Assembly: GCA_002633005.1 (NCBI GenBank)
Contig: NMRA01000052.1
Span: 795,235-859,234, forward strand
Reading direction: 5' to 3'
Length of the DNA stretch: 64,000 nucleotides
Source: Phoronis australis
Lineage: Eukaryota > Animalia > Phoronida
Shown: piece by piece, positions 52,931-64,000 of the stretch
Numbering within the stretch: the first letter of the stretch is position 1
How the letters are laid out: every line of letters begins with the position of its first letter
Notes under the pieces: generated by a model
Seen by the model: the letters and a program-made list of their open reading frames with translations, nothing else
Databases searched by the model: none
What the model was told of the DNA's origin: nothing
Position numbers and translations under genes: made by a program

Positions 52931-53325
52931 ACGTAATAATCCTAATATACCTACATCTTTCATTCGCTCTCTTCTTGAACAAGTACTTTCCATGAACCAC
53001 TTCACCTTCAACAATCAACATTATCTCCAAATATTAGGTACAGCTATAGGCACCAGAGTTGCCCCTACTTTTGCAAACCTTTTTATGGGAAATCTTGAAA
53101 ATAACTTCATCAAATCGTGCTCTGAAAAACCTCTTCTCTGACTGTGGTACATTGACGACATTTTTATGATCTGGACCCATGGCCCACAAAAATTACATGT
53201 ATTCTTAGAAAATATTAACAAATTTCACCCCACAATTAAGTTCACCCACGACATTTATCAAAATAAAATTTCATTTTCGGATGTCACTGTTATCCTTGGT
53301 AATGATAAACTAGAAACGGACTATG
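52929..53325 (+). mobile_element. Penelope-like retroelement, RT core, inverted relative to the 3' part
   Basis: VLSMNHFTFNNQHYLQILGTAIGTRVAPTFANLFM ... WYIDDIFMIWTHG ... NKFHPTIKFT ... ISFSDVTV; one in-frame stop. Confidence 0.9.
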
Positions 53326-53789
53326 CTAACAAGCAATATCAGATAACAAGCATATTTTCTGCTGTTTTGTTTCTTGGTCGATTTTTAGGCAATGTGACTT
53401 TTTGGGAGCTATCTCGCTGCTATATAGCTTAGCTAGGTATAGACATTTCCTTCTAAACTCCTTTGTTTCCCTACGGTGTAACCACCACGCGTAGTTCAAT
53501 GCCGATGAGTAACATAAAGCCTCCTCTAATTGTCTGCACGACCCTGCCGTCTACGCAAATACCAATCGGGCGAAGTTGGACGGGTACGGCCCTATAATTA
53601 CGTGAAGCGCTTTGAATCAGAAGCAAATTCAAAATCATTACTAACTTAGTTATCGTTGTAGTTGTTGTTGTTGTCCATCTGTATCATATCTTTAACGGAT
53701 AGGCTGGGGCTGGACCTTTTCCGCAGAGAGTGGGGTTCGTTCGAACCACTCGACCTGGCTACGGACCTGCATTAATTTAGTTTTTGATG

Positions 53790-54530
53790 TGTTATTTGAA
53801 AGTGTGTTCACAGAAAACCAGTCTGAAATAGATTTAAGGTTGTTGTTGATGGTGGTTGATTGATGTAAAGTGTGTTGGGAAGATTCAGTAAGTTTGTAAG
53901 GTGTGACGAGGCAAGTGTCGTCAGCGTAAAGAACTGTGTCTATGGGAGAGGAAAACGTAAGATCATTAATTATGTAAATTAAGAAGAGAAGTGGGCCCAG
54001 GCCAGAGCCTTGTGGATCTCCGGTAGAAATTGGTAACCAACTGAAAGCTGTGTCTCTCAGTGAAACATATTGATGCGGTTTGAGAGATAATTTTTCAACA
54101 GTGTATATTCAACTCCAGTAATACCATAGTGATTTATCTTTTGCAAGAGTATTTGGTGTTCTATTGTGTCGAACGCTTTAGAGAGATCGATAAAGATGAC
54201 CAGGAGATTCATGTCATTATTAAGATGGGAACGGGAACAAATGCGGTCTAAAAGTTCAAGCGAATCAAGTTCTGTAGAATGAAATTTCCTGAAGTCATAT
54301 TGATGTTTATAAAGAATATCATTTTCATTTAGGAAAGTTGAAAGTTGTATATGGATATTTCTTCTATAATTTTTGAGATTGTTGAGAGAATAAAAAAATG
54401 GGTCTGTAATTGCCCAGTGCTCTGGGTCCAAACCATGTTGTTTAAAAACTGGGATTACCTTAGCAATCTTGAGAGCATCTGGAAATATACCAGTGTGCAA
54501 GCCCTGGTTGATGATGAGAGCTTCGCCGAA
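53790..54530 (-). mobile_element. CR1/L2-group LINE ORF2 RT fragment, degenerate
   Basis: GIFPDALKIAKVIPVFK, HQYDFRKFHSTE, IFIDLSKAFDTIEH, KNYLSNR, then GDPQGSGLGPLLFLIY and LYADDT after frameshifts. Confidence 0.9.
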
Positions 54531-54830
54531 GCAATTAAAATTTCTTCAGGTTTCGGTTCTCTGGTAAAAAGTAATCAAAACTACCTACTAAGAGCCCCCA
54601 CTTCTGGGCTGGGTTCCATAAAACTTCAAAATTATCCGCTGGATAAGTTTGAATGTTGCGTGACGTCATGTGAATTGTTCAACAATAATAACGTGGGTGT
54701 GACAATGTGACGTCATTGCTGCTATGCAGCGTATAACTTTCATGCAACTGGGCCCAGGTAGTTGTAAACTATGCGCAAAATTGTGTAAAAAGAATATAAA
54801 TCAGCGATAAGAGGAATTGGCCTACAGATA

Positions 54831-55163
54831 CCATATTCCCCGGAATATAAGGCCACGACTTGTAGCAGAGTATGGCATCATACTAGAACATAAGTCTACG
54901 GCCTTATGGTATAGGTCAGTTGCATTCTGGTGTGAGCAAAATCATTATCCGAATAAAAGGCCGATACGCTGAAGCCAAACAATATTTTATTATCTTAAAC
55001 ATACTAATTTGGGCATGATTGATTGACAAAACCAAAAAATGATAACATAGCCTTGCACGGCCTTATACTTTACTGTAAGGCCATTTCACTCGAATTTTTA
55101 AAGTTTTCTCAAAACACGTTATTTGGCTTATAAGGTCATGGGCTTATATTCCGCGTGATACGG
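54831..55163. mobile_element. pogo/Tc1-type MITE
   Basis: ccatattccccggaatataag ... cttatattccgcgtgatacgg; family of 8793-8977. Confidence 0.65.
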
Positions 55164-57595
55164 TCGGCCTACAGTGTTTCATTTCATAATGGCGCTCAAA
55201 ATTGACGGATATGATTGCTCCACTAGCATTAACTGCAGAATAACTGACCAACGACAGCCAAGGACCTTATGAAGTTTCTTGAATACCAGGGTTGCAACCA
55301 CTGCCGACAATGAATATCAATGGTGACACAGGCAGCAGAGGTCGAAACTGAGTGTGTCTGTAATGTTCCCAATAATGCTTACTCGTCGTTTCTGCGGGCG
55401 TGACTCAAAATCAGCACAAAACAAAAACAGGCGAGTGTCGTGCTGCATGTATATATATAGCACCGATAACGGCAAAGGCAAAATCGTATTAGCATCAGTT
55501 TTTGTGATGTGTCGGGATGTCAAAACATGCTACTCGCCAGTCAAGACAATACTGCAGCTAAAGACACTGTATCGGATTGTCAAGGGGCCTACGCATGTCT
55601 GCCCAGAAGTGATCCGCTTGTTGTCCGTTCATCCATAATGTTGACATGAATTGATAGTCTGCATCTATTATCATAATTTATTAAGAACAATACTATGATC
55701 CAGATGTCAGCTGTATTCATATTTTGTAATTACAAGGATAGGAAAACCGTTAAAATACCGTATCAATATCGAATCATACCAATAAATCTAAGTGTGAATG
55801 TCAGTGGCGGAATTGCTATTTTCAATGCTTTATATCTTTTCCGTAGAATAAATATAAGGTTCCTTTGTGGTACATAATTTGAAATTTACTGTCAAAATTT
55901 GAATAAACGTTAGGCTGGGTATATAACTCTGTTGTTATAAATCAACGCGTAGATGTAATAAAAACCAATATTTTTTTAGTTTTCAAGCACGCCATTTTAG
56001 TCACACCACGTGACCTGTAGTTAAGGCGGAAAATCTTTTACCCGACCGGGATACGAATCCGAGACTTTCTGCCAACCGGGTGTCTCAAAACCTCGGGTAT
56101 AAGAGCTATATTCACAGTAGACAGCGAACTATCATGCATCACAGCACCATTTTTTGCAACGAGCGGCTTTCGATGAGACGCAACGATGAAGTTTCTAGAA
56201 TGTCTAAAGTGCTTGGAGATCAGTATAGTTAATAGAATTTCTAAAAAGTACACGTGAACTCGCTCTTGCAGGCATATTTACTATTTTCAAGAATTTCGTG
56301 TTGCCAAATATGGAATACCACGACATGGTTTATTTATGAAGGTTAAGAACGTAAAATTTCTAATGAAATCGTGAATTAAAAAAAATTCATAAAAATACCT
56401 TTAAAACAGATCGAGTCGAATCTACTTATTGGTGATGCTAACGAGAGAGTTATTCACTTTGTATTTGAAAGAGCGTCTAGAAAATATCACTATTTTTAAA
56501 GCCCAGACCATGTATATAAACCCCTTAAGCCCTAATTCTCCGTCTCAGCCCCGTAATATATATGCGCGTATAAGCTCTAAGAATTACGTAGTAAACATTT
56601 CCCAAGTGCATACAAGGTAACATTTCCATATGAAGGAAATGTGTTACGTCTATGTCTTGTCATAACAAATAAGAAGACGTGCTTTGCCTTGTGGGAAAAA
56701 TCGACGAAATAAGGAGCAATAACGGATTTTTTTGAAATTTGAATCTAAAGGAAAAATGCTTTAACATCATAGGGAATTCAAAATCTTTACGAAAAAAATG
56801 GTAAAAGTACCTGGTGAACAATTTGCTACAGTTTCAATTGCAGAGAACCACTTTAAATAGTACAATTTAGTCTGTTCTTCGAGTTTCATACCACTGAAAC
56901 CAATAAAATCAGAACCAGTCGGTTTTCAATCTCATCTATTTATTCAGTTTTGGAGCAGTTTTCACATATTGTTGACCCGTTCTGCCCGAAAACTCGCTTC
57001 TAATGCTTTCTCAGGTAACGGATGTCTGTTTATTGCACACAGAGGTCTAGTGTCGAGCACGTCTCGCATCCAACCTTTGGCATCACAGTCTGGTTAAAAA
57101 CTCGAAAACCAAGCTATACGGTTAGATTTTTACCATTTTAAATCAAGATAAGATTTGTGTGCGTATTTCAACTTATTTTTCTCATTTTCATGTGTTCACC
57201 TAGCCTAAGAAATGAGGGGGTCCAACTTGAGAATGCAGACCTTTTACTAAGATTCACAGGGTACGTTCAGAGCTATGAATTGCGCATTCCGCTAATTTTG
57301 GTAGTTCCTGCCTTTTTAGTTGACTTTTGTGTCGCTTTCATCTTTTTTACGGAGTTTTTGTTTTTCTGAGGCGGACCGTTTTGCGCAATTTGTCAAATGG
57401 GGGGGGTCCTTCGAGCCAACCGATCACCCCCCGGGTGCGCACACGATTTTCTGTATTTTTTGAGACCGGCTCGATTTTCAAAAAGTACCAGACCAGAACC
57501 AACTGCACTTTTTGGCCTTAAGATAGATCTACACTTTTAAATGAATGATAGAGTCTATTGGTAACAACGTGTGAACACTTTTTGTTTATTTCAGA

Positions 57596-60500
57596 ATGAG
57601 TTTCATCTACATTGCAGCCGTTTACTCTGGTGAGTATTGCCGGATCATATGACAAAGAAACCATATTTTTCATAACTTTGATTTCATATCAACCAACAGT
57701 CTGTCTGAAATTCCAATCACGCTGCTTATTACGTTTGAGTATAAGACTATAAACGTGACAAACACAATCTTTACCAAAGTCATGATACACAGAAAAAGAG
57801 CGACACTTGATCACAGCGACAAACATTCTCGATGGAGAAGATGTCAGGTACTTTCTCTGAAAGTTTTATCAGACCCCAATAAAACACGTAAATTGAACAT
57901 TTTCATTCCACAAACCAAGGGCCAGTTCCAAAAAACTGACTTAGCTAAGACAAATCTTAAATTTCAGCCAATAAGTCAAACATTAGCTAGTTTGTTGGAA
58001 CGAGCCCCAGCTTCCCTAGCACCGCACTACACTTTAGTTAGATGTTTTAAATAACAACATCAACATAAACCAGTTTAATCAAAACTTATTCACAAAATAA
58101 TACTCCTTCAACTTGACTTCATTTTTAAATGAGCTGAATTGACATAGAATGTTCCAGTTTTTAAAATATTTCAGTTCTTGTAGTGCATTAACATAACGGC
58201 CGTCGGTTTGCCACTTGAATTACATTGAACTTTGCGTTCTATGAACTTGTTAGTAGGAAACGCAAATAGCTCCCAGAAAGTAAGTTATGAATGTTCAGTG
58301 ATGATCCTCGATTGATGAGACTCATTCTATGTAATAAGATGACGAAAAATGAAAAATATAGGTATTTAAAGAGACATAATCGGCAACACTGATGTGCATT
58401 TGAGATCAGGACCAACATGTATTCGAAGTGACGACCTCATCAGTTGGAGTCCAACGCTTTGCTAGTAGATGAACAGTCATCAGCGTCTTTAGTTGTCCCT
58501 TTTATTGACCACCAGTGATTATTATTATTGTTTACACTCATTGTGTTTTCAGTCGCACTCATATTCCCAGACTTATTATTGGTCTATGGCATCACTCAAG
58601 TGCCATAAGTTTAGTTAGATATAATTCGTATTTATTTCAGACATAATTCCGATTAATGTCAGATATAATTCCTATAAATGTCAGACGTAATTATATCGCA
58701 TACACGCAAGCGATCGGCGGGGTTCATACTGACGTCATCTAACATTTGATTTTTTCGAAGTCCCGGAAAAATGTGTTCCGCGATTAATGTGAGAGAATGT
58801 AAGAGCATGTAACTTCTGGGTCTTTCTCGTACCCAGATCAAAGATCACTAGTCGAATGGATGTATAACATACAATTTGTTATGAATTGTCGCGGTATTAT
58901 TCAAAAATTTGAGAGAGGCGTTTTCCTTTGTTAGTTTAGAAGACAGAATGAGTCTGATTAATATCCCTAAGAACCTGCGACTTGCAGTCCTCTGTAAAGC
59001 TTTTGCTACTAACTTCGCCATTCGTAAAAACTAAAATACAAGTTTTCAAAAATACTTGTGTCCGATATTTTGAATATCGCTACATTTCCATACTGCCTCA
59101 CCTGTGAATATCAATCTACTAGGCATGACAGTTTATTCGCAGGTGCAACAGATTTCAAGTGAAACATTTTGCACCCATCTTGTGCGCAACACTGTTTAAA
59201 ACATTTGTTTTCCGCTTAACGTTCTTCCATGCTATGCTGTGGACGTTTGGGAGAATTGTTTTCGAAAAATGTAATATTTCAAACTTTGATTAGGAGGAAG
59301 GAGAAGGGTGCTATAAATGACGAAGGTTAAAGCAAAACACGTGATTTTATCAACTTAATCTAACACGGATTTCGTTGTTTTTTACTATAGTTTACTGCCA
59401 TCATTCCTTTAAGGAAAAGCGGCCCACAGCATGGCAACGATCTTATTTTACCCCAGTTCTTAATATCTTTTAAACGAAGCTTAATTGTCAAAAGGAGTGC
59501 ACGCTTGTTTAAAAGAATTCAAGTGCATTTAATATTACAAGTTGTCTCGCATACAGTTTCGGTAGGATTCAATCGTCGTCTGCTTTTCCTTTTGTTACAG
59601 AGAATAGTGCTTAATGCTGTTTTTATATCGTGGCGTTGTAGGTCTTATCCTACATTATACTTGTGATGCATTCAAGCTTGATGAAAGACGACTTTCTTTC
59701 CTGAAAAAAATACAGAAAAGAAGCATTGAAGGTATGATCTTTTAACATTCTTTGATGGAGGCAAAACAGTTTATTTTTGAAGCGTCTGACAAGGTTCTGA
59801 CTGGATGAAGTTCTAGATAAAGCGAACATTTGCATGCGCAAGACCCGATACTATGATCTCGTATTTTTACAATGCTTATGCATGGGCGGCGCACCATAGG
59901 AGGTTGGGGGGCTATAGCCCACCAATTTTTTCAGTGCTGCGCCGCCCATGCCATATTTTGAAGTTCCCGTTTGCGTTTAGCTATCTTACAGGCGAATGCC
60001 ACCCGATTTAATTAGTCTTTTTTGCCTTCTTAATCGGTCTATTTCCACATCGTCTCGCGCACGGTCGACCTTACCTTGCCAAGAGGTGTCGCATTAACCT
60101 GTGAGGAAGGTGAGAAACGACGCTAGCGACGTCAGTGGTTCATATGCAAAGTGAATGCCGCTATGTTGTGCTGTATCGTTCCCGCTTGTTTGAACTAAGT
60201 AGCTACGAGGAAAGCGAGTATATCGGGTTTTTTACTTCCTCGAGAGTCCGAAATGCTTAGGAAGTGGCTCATGGTAGTGAAGAATGAAATGTATGCTGTA
60301 ACTAGCAAGTATGACATCTCCGTGTCTGTGGCCTGCAGACAACGTCGACAGTGTCTCACGAATGCCGGCTTACCAAATAACTCCATACGTTCCGTTGTCT
60401 GAGCTTGTTCACGGCGCCTCGTATTTCTTCATCACTGTATTCCTGTTCGAATTGATAGCCTGTAAGACTTAACAATCCACCTGCGAAGTCGGGATTGATG

Positions 60501-63500
60501 AGCCGCTCTAGCTCGTCCTAAGTCGGGATTGCGAGTTGCCATGTTGACGTTTATTACTGACCGTTCTGTTTCAAAATGAATTATTCTCACTCTAACCAAT
60601 ACTTATATAAAAGTGAAACAAAGTCTATCTCATTAGATTTAATTTGAAATGCTTTTGGAGTGTTCGTGAGTGCACGAAATGATTTGAGAAGCCAGCAATG
60701 AATAGTCACTGCGTTACCGGCTTTAGGTGCAAAAAACTAATTGACGGGACACCGAGGCCGTGTGAGCTCTAATTTAGTGTTTGCTGGCAGAAACTGTTGT
60801 GAAACAACTCGATTTCTACCCCACGACCAGGTGTTAGGGGAATCTTTATTTACATTTACATTACTCAAATAATGATTGTCAATGTACAACTTCTGCCCNT
60901 AGCGGCTTCACGGGCAATAAAATGTAATCGACCGAATAGATTCGTCGACCACAGATTTACCCTGTGGTTTTTCCGCTTGATCCCAGACCGCCCCGAGTTG
61001 CTCCAGCAGCCAACTCGGGGCGGTCTCTCACGAGGGTTTAGCGTTATGGGCCGGGATAACGAGTCAATCCGGCCGGCCGCCGACGGGCCTGATGGGGCTC
61101 CGAGCCACTGGCCAAGATAACGAGCGTTTTGTGTTTAGAACTTAGAAAATCACAAGTCTAAACAACACAGATCTAGGTTCTCCTGTCTGTATCTCACAGA
61201 AAATACTTCGAAATTATCGCCAAACACACCCCAAACTCCTGCTACGGACCTAATTGGCCTGCCGAACTTTGTAGGCTACGGTGTGTCCAAATACCAATAA
61301 ATCCGTAAGAGCGAAATAAAACAACACGTTTTTGTAAGAACTCGGTGCATTTTTAAGGGTTTTACATCGAAGTTTGATGATTTATTGGTGCTAAACGATG
61401 ACTCAAAGCGATAGGCTGACACCATTAACCCGCGTTGTGAACTGCTGAACAGAACGCGTGTGAAACCGATAATTTCAACACCTCCGTCTGCCGTCAGGTG
61501 TCAGGTAACGCAACCGCACGTGTCGTTATGGAGTAGAACTACTTGTATTGATCTAAATTGATACAAATTAGGTTGTTTTTTGGGTGGCATGCTCCTTTAA
61601 ATTGTTGAAACCTGCATTTTCACCCGCTATGACACTATCTATTTCTTTGTCGCACTGTTGGTTATTAATGGACAGACTTTTGTTTCACGACCACTGTGAG
61701 ATGCCCATTCAATTTTTTTGTGTCATGAATCTAGTGATTTGCAACTCGTGACGTCATGAGCAAATTTTGAAAAGACAGACACTGCGGAACCTTACGTTTG
61801 ATTTTTTCGGAGTTCCGGAAAAATGTGTTCTGCGAATATTACTTCATCGACGCCATTCTCGGTACGTTTTTTGTATTTTTTTTTTCAGAAATTAAACAAG
61901 ATCCAAACGCATATTTTAACTATCTGCACAGCCGTTGTTGTTGCTACCATTCGTGATTCGGAAGCAAAAGACAGTCTTTGTTATTCAAATGCGCTCGCTT
62001 ACTTGTTGTCAATGCTATTTTACTGAAAGCACCATGGAAATTATCCTGATTTTGAATTAAAATGCATCTATTAGGTAAAATATTGAAACTCAAAATATGC
62101 GTCGTTATTGCCTGTGATCCTTTTTCTAATTAAAAATTTCCTTCTTGAGACCATAAAACGAAATGAAAGGTGGGGAAAAGCCATACCGAATACAAAAAGA
62201 TTGATAAATCATAAATGTTTCATCAATATCTAATAAATTACAAACACGAGTAATACCTTTTTTAAACCACTGACTATAAAATGTTACATGGTTACTATTA
62301 TACCAGATTGGAAGGTAAGGAAAGTCATCAGCATACAAACGCATATTCTGTGCTACATAATAAAAAATAATTGCAGGCGGTCTGGTACACGTTGTACCAG
62401 ATGTGCGCAGGCCGCGCATGTGGGCCCATTGCACTGATCACCTGCAAATATTTTTGTGCTTTATTAATATATAGCTAAAACCGAGCTGAGGAGCTAGAAA
62501 CCGGACTAAAGGGTCTAGCAGTGTGGCCCAGTAGGACTCGAACCCACGACCTCGAGTAAAGAAGGCGGGCACCATCACGCTAGGCCACACCGCCTCCTTC
62601 TGTGCTACATAAGTAAAGACCTCGATATCAGATCAAAATACACTCTTAATGTCTTTTGCATAAGTGCTATAAAATGTATCTCCAAAAAGTAAAGAGTCAC
62701 ACGTTCTCAACGAATCATGCCGCAACAACAGATGTTTCCAAGAACCATCAATCTTCTAATTCAAGATAATTTTAGTGATTTCAAAAAAGACCCAATCTGC
62801 ATCATTTCGCAACCACCCTGCAAGAAATTCTGAACCATTTCGTTCCTTTTAATTTTATCAGGTTTACCCGCCAAATAAATTTGAAAAACGTAAATTCTAA
62901 TTGACGAACTTCTCTTGATAGTGATGGCAGACCCATAAAAAGATTAATTGATTTTGGTAAGAGCAGTGACTTTATGACGCGAGTTGTTAATGGTCTTCTC
63001 GAGCAGTTCGCCAAGTCTTTTTGAATTTCCGAGTGTAATTTAACCCAGGAATCTCGAATAGATTGACGCTGGAGTTTATTCCCAAAAACGTAAATTGACC
63101 TAAAGGCCATGAGAGACTAAGCTCTGGACATAAACTAGTGTTACTCAATTTCCAATCAACAATCCATGAGTTTTGTCAACATTAGGTTTCAGTCTCAAAA
63201 ATTGGTCCAAGAGATCCAAAACCTGCTTTGGTGACTTGTTGGAAACATCAATTGCTAACAAATTATCATCAGCGAATTGCAAAATTCGAATGACGACAGT
63301 TGTAATCGATGAACAAAATATCGTTTTTAGATCCAAATTTGCAAATTTCATACTGTTGTGCGTTTGGTGGAACATTCGATCACTGTACCAAAAAATTCAC
63401 TGACCCTTTATGCCGTTGTGACAGTTCAGGCCGTTGTGACATACGCAAAAATGTAGCAATTTGAGCCGAAAATGCACTACCGAAATTCGCCCAAGTGAGG

Positions 63501-64000
63501 AACTGTGACAACTCGCGGGCAGTTGCGGTAGTTTGTTCCTGCACAAGACACATCTATGCGTTTCCCATCTGTTCCTGTTGTCTACACAGTCTTTATAAAT
63601 CACGGCTCCTTTCAGAGGTATTCTGCACGAAGCCTCAAATTTTAAACGGGCAGTGGGAAGTAATAACGAGCAGTACTGCACCAACCGGTAGACCAGTTGA
63701 TAGACCAGCCAATGTAACCGGGAGACCAACTCAAGCTACAGACAGAGCATTACCATCTGTTGAATCCGTGAGTACAACTGGAAGCAGAATGGGCGAAAAG
63801 GTTACATCAGTTCAACCTTCGGGCAGTGAAAGATCACGTACTGAATCAATGACAACTCAGTCTTCAGTCCGTGCAAGATCACCTGCTCAATCAATGAGAA
63901 CAATTGCGATTACGTCAGGTCAACCTTCGGGCAGTGAAAGATCACGTACTGAACCAATGGCAACTCAGTCTTCAGTCCGTGCAAGATCACCTGCTCAATC
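57596..64000 (+). CDS. Uncharacterised secreted protein: signal peptide, dibasic site, Sushi/CCP-like start, mucin-like 36-aa repeats (partial; continues past the right edge)
   Basis: Phase-1 exons 57596-57629 (tttcag|aATG...CTG|gtgagt), 59642-59731 (ttgtag|...GAAG|gtatga) and 63616->64000 (tttcag|) join to MSFIYIAAVYSGLILHYTCDAFKLDERRLSFLKKIQKRSIEEVFCTKPQILNGQWEVITSSTAPTGRP...QPSGSERSRTESMTTQSSVRARSPAQSMRTIAITSGQPSGSERSR... There is no stop in the last 385 nt. Confidence 0.75.
59881..59950 (-). mobile_element. 70-bp MITE monomer
   Basis: Perfect 13-bp TIR catgggcggcgca/tgcgccgcccatg; reverse orientation relative to the dimers. Confidence 0.85.
59990..61596. mobile_element. Non-autonomous Kolobok-type element with probable KolX remnant
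   Basis: ttac|aggcgaatgccaccc ... gggtggcatgctcct|ttaa (imperfect TIR, TTAA-like flanks). Minus-strand GYQFEQEYSDEEI at 60460-60422, followed by a decayed Cys-containing stretch. Confidence 0.55.
61900..63300 (-). mobile_element. L1/Tx1-group LINE ORF2 remnant, interrupted by a SINE
   Basis: ILQFADD, LKPNVDKT, VIKSLLLPKSINLFMGLP...FFKFIW and PIWYNS...WFKKGITRVCNLLD in successive broken frames. Confidence 0.8.
62361..62597 (-). mobile_element. tRNA-derived SINE with 15-bp TSD
   Basis: TSD ttctgtgctacataa at 62346-62360 and 62598-62612. Head has A-box-like TGGCCTAGCGTG and B-box GGTTCGAGTCC; 3' stem-loop and T/A-rich tail. Confidence 0.85.
63805..64000 (+). repeat. 108-bp (36-codon) coding tandem repeat
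   Basis: caaccttcgggcagtgaaagatcacgtactgaa recurs at 63813 and 63921, in frame. Confidence 0.9.

Noticed and set aside
62520-62597. tRNA gene
   Set aside because: Has A/B boxes but no convincing cloverleaf, and sits within a TSD-flanked SINE.

Overview
This is animal nuclear DNA (AT-rich, spliceosomal introns, dense in transposon remnants; probably a bilaterian invertebrate), so the ORF track is mostly uninformative. Four genes were rebuilt by hand from splice sites and exon phases. (1) The 5' part of a plakin-family gene on the minus strand, running off the left edge, with one GC-AG intron. (2) A complete 14-exon POLD3 on the minus strand (~420 aa). (3) A complete LCMT1 on the plus strand (7 coding exons, ~342 aa), head-to-head with POLD3. 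(4) The first three coding exons of an unannotated secreted protein: signal peptide, dibasic site, start of a Sushi/CCP module, then a 36-aa Ser/Thr/Arg repeat, running off the right edge. The rest is MITEs, two Kolobok-type remnants, Helentron-type non-autonomous elements, Penelope, CR1/L2 and L1/Tx1 fragments, a tRNA-derived SINE and tandem repeats. The most notable observations are: CTCF-consensus arrays carried by a Helentron-type element in convergent orientation around the POLD3/LCMT1 promoter; a triplicated 3' splice site in LCMT1 whose two upstream copies lead to in-frame TGA; a 34-bp (17+17) P-element-like footprint; and a Penelope insertion with twin-priming geometry. All calls are by eye, with no database searches.
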